From assembly GCA_002633005.1 (NCBI GenBank), contig NMRA01000092.1, positions 615,511-679,510 of the forward strand: a stretch of DNA of 64,000 bases. Direction: 5' to 3'. Position 1 is the stretch's first letter. Each line of letters begins with the position of its first letter. The notes beneath the pieces are model-generated. The model searched no databases. It was not told the DNA's origin and worked only from the letters and a program-made list of their open reading frames with translations. Origin of the DNA: Phoronis australis. Taxonomy: Eukaryota > Animalia > Phoronida. Shown here piece by piece: positions 37,201 through 49,448 of this stretch. A program made the position numbers and the translations under genes.

Positions 37201-39620
37201 GGTTTTTAAGGTGATTTTGCACAGTATTTACTATTGACCTGTTGTTGCTTTACACAGTATGGCTATGGAGCAAGTATTGTTTTACACAGTACATACTATG
37301 GACCAAGTGTTACTTTGCATAGTACATAGTGTTGACCGAGTGTTATTTTGCATAGTATATACTAAGGATTATTACTCCCTTGGAAGGCTTTACACACGAT
37401 AGTGAGGTAGTCAGCTGTGCAGGAATGTAATTGTGCGACTTTCATAAACAAACTGCCTAAACATACCATGGCTTGCAAACCGCAGTATTGGTAACCTCTA
37501 GCCTGCTTACGAGCATTGGCGGAAAACAGCGCAACCGCATAGTGTTGGGAGATATTGCCAGATTGGTTACTAGCATAAACGATCGGTTAAAATGGTCTTG
37601 AAACAAAAAAATCACCCACTAAATGTTTTTCTTGCAGTAATGAGTTCTGCATGACCTCGATATTAAAGTAGGTCTGTCTTGTTATGGTATTCCTCTGCAG
37701 ATGTAGAAGGCACGATTTGTCTTGTTTATGTAACCAATTACATAACTTAAAAAATGAGAAAATAATGAAGAATGTTTTTGATAACTTTTTAACTGTCACA
37801 TTCATACGTTTTACAAATGCACAACTTCACCTGAGAAATGTACTCCAGTTCATTTTTACTGCATTAGCTCATAGTTTGAGTCAGCATGCAATTACCGTAC
37901 TCATCCGGGTTTCCACTCATGTTCAGCATACCGCCCACCCTGTTTTTTTAGATTCCAATTTAAGCGCCCTGGGAGCCGGGTAACCCGGATGAGTAGTGTC
38001 CATTGTATTCTAATAAAATTTTACCCATTCGAAACTCACAGGCTGGTGCTTAAAATTTTGGAACTGCAAAGTGTTGATATGCGTTACGATTGTATTAAGC
38101 TCTATTTGTATACAGGCATGCCGGAGACAGTGTAGCCCCTCCCCCCTACAGACTACCACCCAGTTATTCAGCTAATGTTTCCTTAAGGTAGGTAGTTCAA
38201 CTCGACGAGCAGTCACCGGTATTCTTTAGAATTTGCTCGCATATAAAAAACAACTCTCCAAACAGACTTAAGTCGTTTCTAACAATCATGCAACTAGGGC
38301 TACCACAGGACTGAAAAATGTGAAATTTTCAAGTAAAATGGACCATTCTCAGACAAAGGTTTTTTTGAAATTGGCATGAAAGGTCTATGAAAGCAGTTTT
38401 TTGTAAATCGAACTCTTAGTAAACAACTATCCTAGTTGGCTTGTGTAAGTTAATACATGTTAACATAAGGGTTTATATTCTGGGCGTTTTATTACCCCTG
38501 TGGATTCTTAATAGCCTGAGCGAAGAATGATGGGCTTTAAGTAGCACAATGTTAGAGCAAAAACAATAAAATATAGCTCTTCTACATTTCTGGTCTCAAG
38601 TTTAGGAGGACACCTTTTGCCAAACGAAGCGAGGAAATTTGAAAGAAGTACCTGCCGTTTATCACACAAAGAACCTAGATCGTGTAGTAATGGTTTCAAC
38701 CTTCCAGCCAACACCCTTTTTCAAGCTAGGCCAAATACTGGATATCACTAGATACCACTTAATTTCACAATCCATAAAAGAACCAGTGCAAACAATTTTG
38801 CATTTGTCATCTTTCCCAATTGAAGTGTTTAAGCTGCTATGGTCATTTAGTTTAAGGACATTCTCGATGCATCACGCTTTGATTTCCAATGATCCCAAAA
38901 TGCATTGTGTTGACATGACCAAGGATTATGGCTTAACGTTCAGGTAGGATCGTATCAAGAAGTTTGTGTGTCGTAAAATATCTAGAAAACTATAGATTTT
39001 AGCTCAGTAAAGGTATATATTATCTAAGAGCAGAAAATCTGTAGAATTTCATTTTTGACTTTTGTCATTAATTGGATATCATGTTTAGAATTTACGTTGC
39101 CAAATTTGGTAATATTTCGAGGGTCTAACATAACTTAGGCCTGCCCCATGAAGTTGGAGTCACAACTTGAGCCAGTTGACTTAAACGGACCATAAACCAA
39201 TGCTTTCTGTTAAAAACCAACATTTGATTTAGTTTATACCATTTAGTTGTAAAATTGGTTTAATCGTTCAATCTGGTTTCTTAATTCTTACACAAATTAG
39301 AAATGATTCCTGCAAGACATTACCTCAGACCAGGTGGATTAGTTTCAGTCAACAAGGCAGTATGAGTGGTGTGGGAAATCCCAGGCATTTTATTGTAACC
39401 AAGTTTAATTCCACCGAAGAACAAGATCGCAATGATCTTCCTTTTGAAAAACCAAACGCACTTGTTCAGATTTTTGCTTTTAGACAAGAGTGTGATTGAC
39501 AGCAGCTGTCAGAAATACCATTATCTTTTTCACAGGTCAGAGGATACAGACTTTGGGGATCAACGAACAGATGACGACCTTCAACTTGTGCCTGGCAATC
39601 GAGGGTCCATGAAGTATTAG
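34076..39620 (+). CDS. SGCE: Alpha/epsilon-sarcoglycan, 3' part; join(34076..34290,35803..35829,36904..37065,38116..38187,39536..39620); ectodomain exons not found in window
   Basis: All junctions are AG/GT and phase-consistent. Translation VTVNT...LDLFPEFLLAVLVPATVGVLLVLVLSCLFFGYQNKR-GARERQTPD-YQLQQYASVRYATDRLRSMSQHRE...APPPYRLPPSY...GSMKY* resembles vertebrate SGCE ([20 protein letters not shown]...[29 protein letters not shown]), compared from memory. Confidence 0.88.
34372..35120 (-). mobile_element. Copy of the 703-2751 Helentron-like family in a sarcoglycan intron
   Basis: cgtcatctctgtctgg(g/a)cgtcc and the following subunits align with 743-1380. Confidence 0.75.
35803..35829 (+). CDS. 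SGCE: Sarcoglycan 27-nt microexon (R)GARERQTP(D)
   Basis: ttctttcag| acceptor, |gtaagt donor, phase 2-2; supplies the conserved QTPD. Confidence 0.85.
36520..36614. repeat. 23-bp tandem repeat x4
   Basis: atcttgccctgaaaattatcagc units. Confidence 0.95.
36904..37065 (+). CDS. SGCE: Sarcoglycan cytoplasmic exon YQLQQYASVRYATDRLRSMSQHRE...
   Basis: ttacag| acceptor, AG|gtattg donor, 162 nt; conserved LRxMSxxRE motif. Confidence 0.88.
37895..37997. mobile_element. ~100-bp mariner-type mini-MITE
   Basis: Inverted tactcatccgggtt / aacccggatgagta with a ta-ccgta start. Confidence 0.6.
38116..38187 (+). CDS. SGCE: Sarcoglycan exon HAGDSVAPPPYRLPPSYSANVSL
   Basis: tacag| acceptor, AG|gtaggt donor, 72 nt, phase 2-2. 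Confidence 0.8.
39536..39620 (+). CDS. SGCE: Sarcoglycan terminal coding exon SEDTDFGDQRTDDDLQLVPGNRGSMKY*
   Basis: ctttttcacag| acceptor, phase fits previous exon, ends TAG at 39618-39620. Confidence 0.7.
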
Positions 39621-42600
39621 ACTTGATGAATCTGCCACCAGATGTCATCCCACCTAGTTAGTACGAAATCTACATTTACTGTATTGGATTATTTATTCGA
39701 AATGAGCTGGAGCAGTCGATAGTTGGTGTATGTGGAAAAATATATAAGTTAGTATTACAATATCAGTTTTATTCTATACACCATCAGAACCATTCACAAA
39801 TATATTTACAAAACTATAGTACGATAATTTTTCATTTATTCCGCACTAAAATATTTTCCAAAATGTCATTTGCCCATTTCGTTTGGAAACAGTCCAAATG
39901 TTGGTTCATGACATCCACACAGTACAAACCAAGCTAACAACAGACTTTTGCTAAAAAAAATTTGCAAAATAAAAATTCACTTGTCTGCCATACTGTGCGC
40001 TAACAAGCTGAAGATTTGCACAAGATTACAGTACGGGACCAAAGTAATCATAAAAATAGTTTTCGCATCACGATGGCTAATTCTGTTTACAGCAAAAGTT
40101 ACTGGTAATGGCTGTTAGGGTGGCTCAGACACCTTATTAACTTATTTAACTTTCCTCTTCACATTTATTGTCACAAGGAAAGGTTACTCTGATGATGAAT
40201 TCAACTTCCACCCAGCTGCAATGATGAGGAATTGTGGGTCACTTTGTTGGAAATCTTTGGACTTGTACTGTGGGTGAAGAATTGCTGCACAGATTACGGT
40301 ATTCAGTCACTTTAGGAAATCCACTGGAGCGTTGCCCATTGAAACTCGCGGTCAAACAACTTTTGCATCACTTCTTTAAACCTTCCATAACAACAGCTTA
40401 TTCAGTACAAGTATAATATGCAGAAAATTATGAGTTATTGCTGAACTTACTCGAGATAAAAGGGTCGATCTCGGAGATCTGGTCACAGCTTTGACCTTGA
40501 CAATGTACTAATCCTTGACGAGGAGAAAAAATTGGTTTGAACCGGCAGTCAAGCAGTGTATGCACGAAAGAATTGAAATCCATCATTGAATCCAAGAGGA
40601 GGCTTGATATCCAACCTATCACACACTTTGGACAGGCTTCAGTTGCCCGCAGATTTTCTCAACTCCGACCGAATTCACAGGAGGTCACAGAGGCTTGAAA
40701 AAGCCAGCAGACGCTGGCGAAACATTGTCTTTTCATCTCAACTAAGTTCAGTAATGGCTCACAATTTTCTGCATATTGTAACAGCTTATTCGGCTTTTTA
40801 AAAGCAATCTGGTTTATACAAATTACACAGACTTGTAAAATTCAATATTACACCAACAAAAAATAAAGGTGGGTAAATGTTCTAATCACCACTACCTTAA
40901 GCTAGAATTCCTCTACACACACACACACAAACACACACACACATGGTGAAATAAACTATTACTTTCAAATAATACTCCATGTATCTTTGCTGCAAAATAC
41001 GATGCATTGATTCATAATCACAGCAACATTTTGTACGATCAAACGTGTACTGCCAACAAAATTTGAATTCCCGCTCTCTCCCTAAGTAAATTTCCTGCAT
41101 TTTTTAAGAAAATGGACACAATTGCGAATTAGCTGGGCAAGTAGTATCATCACACCATCTGCATCAAAGATTTATTTAGGTACTAAGAGTTCAACAGTCA
41201 GTAGTCATTGAGGGATCCCCAAACACATCCCAAAACCAAGAGCTTTGCACACCACATCTGGTTTTATACAGTAAGATGTTACCCAACAGCTGTATAATAA
41301 ACATTAAACAACAAACCTTCATTTTTCTTATTTCTCGGAAATGACGATGCAGTACAATGTCAACAACTGACGACACAGCATGACAGACAGGTGAATTTTT
41401 TTCACACAAGCAAAGCAGAACCAAATTAGTGACCTGAAGTTCTTAGTCATAGCTCAAAGCATGGCAATTTTATTACCGGGGGTACAACAATTTATGTCTG
41501 AAGCTTACGAAATTCTATCGTAAGACCCATAACACGGACAAAGGATATAGGACAGCCATGTCAATATCAAGTGAAAGATTACAGCTGTATTTAAACTGTA
41601 GCTCATGAGTTTCAGTATTGCACAGTCACTCTACAATATTATGAACACAGAAGAGTATCATCAACTGAAATCTATCTAAAACAGTGTAGTAAGTAATAAT
41701 TCCAACATTCAAATCTAAATGTTAGCTATCAATGTAAACAATAATCAGTTATGGCCAGCATTATGTTATAATTTACCTTTTTACATTTTACAATAAATAT
41801 ACAACCTTATGACAGCATGCTTTATATCTTGCTGTATAATATACTCTTATTCTATTTAAGCCCATGCGCCCTTCCATGGCACGCCGACTACATACAGAAC
41901 TAGGCGGCTTGCACCAAACATTTGAGCAAAATCAAGGAATAGAATTCTAAAATATTATGCGAGTGAGAGTTGATAAATCCATTGCAAAGTCACAGACACA
42001 GATGTGCATTCAATTTAACAACACTTAAGGCAGCTCTAAACCAGTCTTTCGGCAAAGAAACCAACTTTTGATTTCGATCACTTGATGCTCTTAAACTTGG
42101 TCTCATTTTGTTCCATATTCAGATGAGAGATGACAGATGCTCTTGCAAACAACTGACAGTTTGCTGTTGCTCGAGACCATACTCAACGAACAAAATGGCA
42201 CACCGTGACGAGTCAGTTTGAAGGGAGCTGGTCTCAAGCAAACTATACATTTTTTCCAAGCACTCAAATCATGTATTTTGCAACTAAGGAACTACTTGAA
42301 ACTAATTTCATACACTAAGTGGTCTAAATTAAAAGTTGGTTTTTGTGATGGAAGGTCTTTTGCTTTTTGAATAGAAAAGGTAAATAAGAATGGATAAAAA
42401 CATGTGAATAACACCCTGTTTAAGACATGAATACATGCAAGGGACGACCATTTTCCCATATGTGAAAAGCTTAAGTGAAAATATGTCTTTGAAAAAACAT
42501 ACCATTATTTCAAATAAAGGCGCATGGGCCTAATTACCCACATATGCCATAATGATAAAATAGACTCTCTATGCAAAGCCTCCAGGTTTCTCACACCCAA

Positions 42601-43830
42601 ATACAGGTGAAACAATCGCGTGTCATAAACAGAAATTTTACAAGTTCTACACCAAGTCAAACCTGATAACTACCTAAATCCCTCCAAATACAACATGAAA
42701 TAATTTCTTCATGAACAAGATAAAGGAAAAAGACATATCCGTATAACACAATCGGCTTTTGAAAAATCAAATCCTTTGACTCAGGTTTAACATGATCAGC
42801 ATTACTAACTAATACGAAAACCTCACAATCTTCATTTTTAAAGAATATTTTACAGACGCTATACACCCTGTTCTCAATGAATTGCCAGTTTAGACACTCA
42901 TCTCTAAATGAGCTCACTTACTGCCGGCCCACAAAACAGCCCTGCGCTTATTCCCTGCAGAGGTTACAGACGATTTGTGAACTTCAAAAAACCTCATAAT
43001 ACAATATTACTCAGGGGCCTGGGTAAGTGGCATCACTTATGCTGTGTCAGCCCAATGTGAAACGGACCGATTCCCTGCCACACAAAACCCTGTGTCTAAC
43101 GACTTTAAAATAAAATAATTTACGAATAAAACGTTGAATCTTCAAAAGTGAGGTATGTACAAAAAATACAAAAATTAACCACTGACCTCTTTAAGATCTA
43201 TCGAAAATTGTTGTTTTGAAAAATAGAAAACCTGTATGGACACTCGCAAAGTTATTGAAAATTTAAACAAATGACAGAACTTTCAATTCCATCACGTGTA
43301 CTTTGCATTTAATAGGCCCGCATGTAGAATTTTGAACCCTGTAAGGTTCAGCTATGGGAAGGAGAGTAGACAAGGTGGGAAGCAAGGCTATCATACTTGT
43401 GCTTCAGCAGTAATCACTTACAAGTTTTACATTTTGATAACCAGATTGTCCGTTATTGGGTGGAGAAAACTGATTCTCAAAATGCGTGATGCCTGCAAGT
43501 GACTATCACTATTTTGCACGCGTTTATAAGTAGTTCCGTACAAACACGTCGGTTACACATGATTTTGCCATAAGATACAGAACATTAGTTTTCGTGTATC
43601 TATAAAAACGTCAATGCCTGTTGCAGAGGTTTTGTTATTTTTGGAGTAGAAATGTTTCTTCAGGCAGAACTACCCAATACTCCTGTTGTTGATGGACAAC
43701 CAGTGCCATCTTTAGGCAGCACTGCATTGAACTCCAATTGCTCAATGGATCAGTAATGACCCCTTCAGGCATAACTGCAAAGCATTTAGTTCCTGATGGA
43801 GTAGCAATGACAACTACAGCCAAAACTATG

Positions 43831-43997
43831 CTACACTCCCGTCTCCATGAAAGAGGCCACGTGATCCCCTCGGCGCACTCTGACAATAGTGGTGCCATCT
43901 ATGTGTGAGATCATCACCTGAGGCTCGTCAGCGAAACTGGAAATAGATGTTGCCGGGCTTGTCTGTGTTGTCGAGCTTGAACTACACACATTGTTAT
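43831..43997 (-). CDS. INPP5A: Candidate alternative terminal INPP5A exon DNNVCSSSSTT...VASFMETGV*
   Basis: ttctgcag|AT acceptor, open in phase 1 to TAG; Ser/Thr-rich; ends in class I PDZ-type motif ETGV. Confidence 0.55.
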
Positions 43998-46900
43998 CTG
44001 CAGAACCAAATGGAAACATTCCTATTAATTATTACTGAGTTGAAACAACAACTTGAATACCATCAGCACATTTCCAAAACATTGCGTTTTTACTGTATAA
44101 CGAAGCAACAAAACTAATGCCTCAGTCAGGCAATGAGTATTCTTGCAGAAGCATATTGCTATTAGAAATTTCACACAATATATGCTTAACATAACAAATG
44201 CTCTTAAAAGGGGATTTTCCTTAATTAAGATGCCTTCATGGCAAACTTCAGTTCAATATTCTTGCAAGAAGTCTGGCATTACGAATTAAGAAATCCAAAG
44301 GCTTGAAAAAAGTATTTGTGTGTAGCTTGCTATATAATAATCCCATGACGGTTTTACAATGACATCACAAAAAAGAAAGTTCTTCTAAACATAGAACTAC
44401 TGAAACAGAATAAGAATAAAACTAAGTGTTAGCATAACATAACTATGTGTAGAAATATAAAAACGTATAAATTAGGAAGAAAATATGATAAAGAAATAAA
44501 AAAACAAAAAAATTACTCCCAAACTGAATGAGAAACGTATAACTGCGTAAATGACATCACAAACAAATAAAGAAAAACCAGAGAAAAAAACCACAAGCAA
44601 ATATACCAAAAATGCGACCCAAAACAACCGACAGTCTGTTTTTAAAACCTAATAACAATAACTAAGGAATAAGAGCATCGCAACCAGGAAAAAATCATTC
44701 AGTAAAATTTGTAAACTGACAAACGAATGTCTCCAACAAGTTGGTAGTATTTTGGCAGTAAACCTGTATTTTACTATAGGGACAAGTACTGTGTAATGTA
44801 TTCATTCGAGTTACATGTTGTTCATATACTCGTTGGTTGGTGTGAAAAACTTCTAAAAACAAAACAATAACAAAGGATCAGAGCAGTGACGAACAATGAT
44901 TTACGTCCAACAGTGGACTAACAGACAGATTTTATAACATGATACTAGCCACCTAGTGGCAGTGTCAAGTACCACGTACATGGCTTCCTTAAAAGTCACA
45001 AGAACATAAAATGAAACAATTAAAAGTTTATAAAAATATCAAAGCTTTCTGTCACTTGATTATCATGTGATAGAGGAATAGATATCCAATAATGAATATA
45101 CTGGAAATTTCTGAACAAACACAGGACCATCCATATCTCCATCCACAGGCCAATATTTAGAAAATATAACAAGTTTAGGCTTGGACTTACTTTTGAAATG
45201 TTTAAGTTAAAAAAGTGAACTGATATAATAGCTTCCTGACATGAATAGTGCCTGGCGTTGAGAGACTGAAGAATTGTGCCAACGATAGCCACAAAAGCAG
45301 ATAAAAATTAAATCAGAGTAGAACAGGGTGAGGTTACTTCAAGGATTTGTTGTTTATACGCTCCATTTCCAACACATCACCCAGACATAATTTCAGAATA
45401 CTGTAGACTTCTTAGGATTTCCTCTCAGAAATTCCCAGTATGCAAAAAACTTTTACACATTCATAGCTTGAGACAAATTTTTGTGCAAGGTAACACTAAG
45501 ATATTATATTAGTAGCTGTTATGATAGCTTATTTCAGTCATTTCACAAGAGTTATAGACATAAGCCTTAGAAGTCATGGTAAAGAGGAAGGCTCAGAAGT
45601 CGAGATGGCAGCAGTTGACAGCAGCAATCACTTCAGCAGCCATGTTGGTTAGTGGCGGCCATCTTGATTAGGTAGAGCAGACAGACGATTACAGCAGGTC
45701 AAAGATAGTAGCCAATGTCAGATGAGTGACGCATATCCAGGGGGTGATTTGTGTGCAATAGTGCTCATTATTGTGCCGATCAGGACAAGAAGGAAACAGA
45801 AATGAAGTTACATAGACAGAGCAGTTTAAGAGATACGACTAATACCTTGGGTTATCCCATTTTAAAAAATGGCAGATTTCAAATGTTTTGATTTAATTTG
45901 CAATTCTCACAAAAACTTGAGTGGTGAAATACACGCAAGTTTTTGTAACAATGAAATGGCCATTTTGGCACATGTTTGCATGCTGAGACCATTACAAAGT
46001 TTGAGGATGTCCAGTTTGTATTGAAAACTACTATACGTTACATGGTCGTAATAACCATTTTCCCAAAAACCTGCAACATAATCACTAGGTGGCGATAGAG
46101 TCATTGCTGGACAGTAAGCTGTGGAATTTTCATTATTATTAAAATGCAGCAAAATTTTGCAGGCTTTTTAACAAATTCTTTACAATCATCATCTTGTCAG
46201 ATTACCACTTTCTAGCAGCAGGACACTTCAAAAGAGTAGTACAAAGGTTCCAAATTCTCAAAATATCTGTGAATGAAAGAAATTGCATTTCGGCCAATTA
46301 ACTCTACTCGTCTTGCACACCAGCAAAAAAAGGTCACGCGAAAAATATTTATGTTTACACAACACTAAAGAGTTGCATGTTGAATTATTTCTATTAGATG
46401 CACCGAATAATCCCGGAAATGTCCAAAATGTTATGGACATGACCAAACAACAGATACGCCCCCAAATACGGTCCGTATAAAAAGTTTCAGTCACACATCT
46501 CAGAAAAGGTCTGGGTGAGAATCCTCAGGACAATGTCAAAAAATCTGAGCAGTGTGGTTAGGCTCACTATCTACCATCAAATGTAACAATGCCATGGATA
46601 TTTAATGGATTTACTAAGCTTAAAAGCAAACAGTCGAGGGACCAGGATGTAATCTCAACTCGAAACTTAACCAATCATGCCGCACCATTAGAGTACAAAC
46701 CTGTAACTTTACTCGGAGTGTGTCATGCAATTGGTCAATTTTCGAGTCAAATTTCGAGCACAGAGATTACACCTCGTGCCCAGGTGACCACATTTATGGT
46801 TATCTCTTCAAAGAACAGGATTTTCTTCCACACAAAGAGACAACGGGAAAATGGTGAACTATGGGTGAACAACCACAACACCGGGGTGACGTCCCAGTGG

Positions 46901-47319
46901 AAGTTTTTGATGAGTTATAAATAGAAAGCGTGCTAATTTCTCATCACATATAAGGATGAATTCAAGGAGATAAGGAACCTAACTGATGACTGAAAATCAA
47001 GTATGATAATCACAACTGATAAATAAATGGCGTAGAGGGAACACAGTCATGTTGACGGTAGCAGGAATTTACAAAGAAGCGAAACACAAGGTTCGTAGGC
47101 ATTCAGAAAATTGATGATAGTTGAGTGGTTTTCAAAATAAATATGGGGCAATCTTTTGGGACAATTTTTCAGCTAACAATTGAAAACTACTAACAAAGTG
47201 CAGTGACTGATTGGGAAATTCTCAGGAAGTTGAATATACATATTGCCTGTCGCTCGAACTTCCACAAAACATGAACTTTACTTGTTGAGATGTCTCATGA
47301 AGTTCCTGAAATGTCTTAC

Positions 47320-47353
47320 CAGCTGTCCGGTAAATATATTTCAGTTGTGTCTC
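47320..47353 (-). CDS. INPP5A: Candidate 34-nt alternative INPP5A exon (ETQLKYIYRTA in phase 0)
   Basis: Strong ttttgcttctcag| acceptor and CTG|gtaaga donor; the phase 0-to-1 reading fits the downstream phase-1 exon. No homology support. Confidence 0.4.
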
Positions 47354-48719
47354 CTGAGAAGCAAAATCATCACACAGTCATTTATTTGAATGTAATGACT
47401 GGCAACATGTCATTCAACGATGAACACCTCAGGTGTATAGATACAACCTACATGAGATTTAATGCGTAACATCTACATCACTTAGTGACAAAACCAATAA
47501 CAATGGTTTTCACCAGGCGATGAAAAACAGGTTTCCTTTAGTCTCTTTGCATACAGTTTAGCCAGTTATTTAATTCCCTTCTCACTAAAGAAGTAAACAA
47601 CCGACCCAGAAATGTTTATAACTGACTAATGCTATCGTGGATTACCTATTTCCTGAAACTTGTACCAAGTTGAAGGAGATCCAGTTTCAAAATCCTTAAC
47701 TGACTTTTGTACCCATGCACAATTTTTTACAACAAATCTGATTTAGCAAAACATTGCTGTTAACCATATGAATGAAACTGTCCCTACGTGCAAGCCTTTT
47801 CAAATAGATGAATTGTAACTACCAATGGTAGTACACGAAAACAAAATACTATTGACTTCCGAAACCAAAGAAGTGCATTGCATTTTGTCTAGGCGTGTGA
47901 GCGATAAATTCAAGCGAAAACTGCATTTCCTCAGTGTTTAGCTGCCAAAAACTTAATTAAGCCATTTAAGATCATAAAATCAGTCTCATAATAACCCTTA
48001 CAGTGATAGGACTTTACTTTCATTAACCACAAAACCATGAGCAACTCGAGAAAACGGTTCAGAGTTTACTGAGGGTGGTCAACCCTAAAATTGCTTTAAT
48101 TCAAAATAATGCACCTACGCATTGCCTGTAACTTGAGTTGCCTGCTCATTCAGCAACAATTCAACACCGAATAAGCACGGTAATGTTTTCAAACCCCAAA
48201 GTATTTCGGTTATGAATTCAACATTGACAGCTAAAAAGCATTAAAATGCCCGTCTAAATCGATGGACCAATAAAAAGGTCAGAAAATGGATTCATGTTCA
48301 ATGGCAACTCACAATTTGTTAACTCTCAAATTTTTCAATAAGTCTCGTCACACCCTTTCTCGTGGCTGGTTTGGTGCTCTTTGCAGGTCTAAGTCACATC
48401 AACTTTGCTTTTTTCACGTACGCAAGACAAATATTTGCCAGTGATAACTTGGCTCGGCAAATTTCCCCCCATTTTATCACAGAATTTCAGGCAAGTTTTG
48501 TTACGGAATATCACCATGTTACGGGGAATCCAGTTTCTGAAAGATGCAAGGTAGCAAGGAATCACCAATATCCAATAAGCCGACAGTCAGGGTACAGGCG
48601 ACCTAAACATATAACTAGACACCGAAGAAAAAGAGTCTTGACATACTAAGATACTACTATGGAGGGGAAAAGAAGAAACGAACTTACAACACCAAGCATG
48701 CAGCAGGTAGAGGATGAAA

Positions 48720-49448
48720 TCATAAAATGGCACATCTACAGGGACAGACCACACCAGTGTCAGCGGAAAGAACGGACAAGCGCTTCTGTAACCGTGCTGT
48801 CTTATTCGGCTCACATTCATTGCGGCGGCCATTGTGGTCAACCCCTTCATTTATATCTATGGTGACATGCTCCACATTTTGATTGGTTTTGTCTTCCAAA
48901 TACGTCATGGAACCATGGTTTTCACCATGCGAAGTGATTTTAGAGGGGGGAGACGTAGTGCAAGACACCTGTGCAGCATGCTGTGAGGGGCTCACTGAGG
49001 GCTGATCGGCAGCATGATTACCATTCATGCACTCGTCACCGCCTCTAGGCACCGTCAAACTCTGACCTGCTGTACTTGGACAGTTGACAATTATTTCTGT
49101 GTGAACGTCACTCGCATCAACGTCATCCTCAGTTTCCGATTCCGAGGAGCTATGGTGACGTTTCTTGTTTCTCCACTTCTTTACTACCTTTCCTGTTACC
49201 ATGACCTCCTTGGCAGCTGCTTGAAATGTTAGACTACCCTTACGTCGGAAAGCGTCACGCAGCTCCGGCCGGATTTCCTCTTCGTTCTCAAAGGTGGCGT
49301 AGTTGTGAATGTCGATTTCCTCGAGGTCAGATGTGGCAATCTTCTCGCCGTTGATGGAAACGACCCTCCTGGCCTTTACCTTGGTGTTGTTATTGAGATG
49401 TTCTATCGTGACATCATCACGTTTAAGATGGAAACTCAAGTACACGGG
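48720..49448 (-). CDS. INPP5A: INPP5A long terminal exon PVYLSFHL...CPCRCAIL* (CaaX isoform)
   Basis: tttgcag|CCC acceptor; 242 open codons inside ORF 48720..49544; ends in CaaX like vertebrate INPP5A (CVVQ). Confidence 0.88.
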   Translation of the reverse strand, partial: PVYLSFHLKRDDVTIEHLNNNTKVKARRVVSINGEKIATSDLEEIDIHNYATFENEEEIRPELRDAFRRKGSLTFQAAAKEVMVTGKVVKKWRNKKRHHSSSESETEDDVDASDVHTEIIVNCPSTAGQSLTVPRGGDECMNGNHAADQPSVSPSQHAAQVSCTTSPPSKITSHGENHGSMTYLEDKTNQNVEHVTIDINEGVDHNGRRNECEPNKTARLQKRLSVLSADTGVVCPCRCAIL

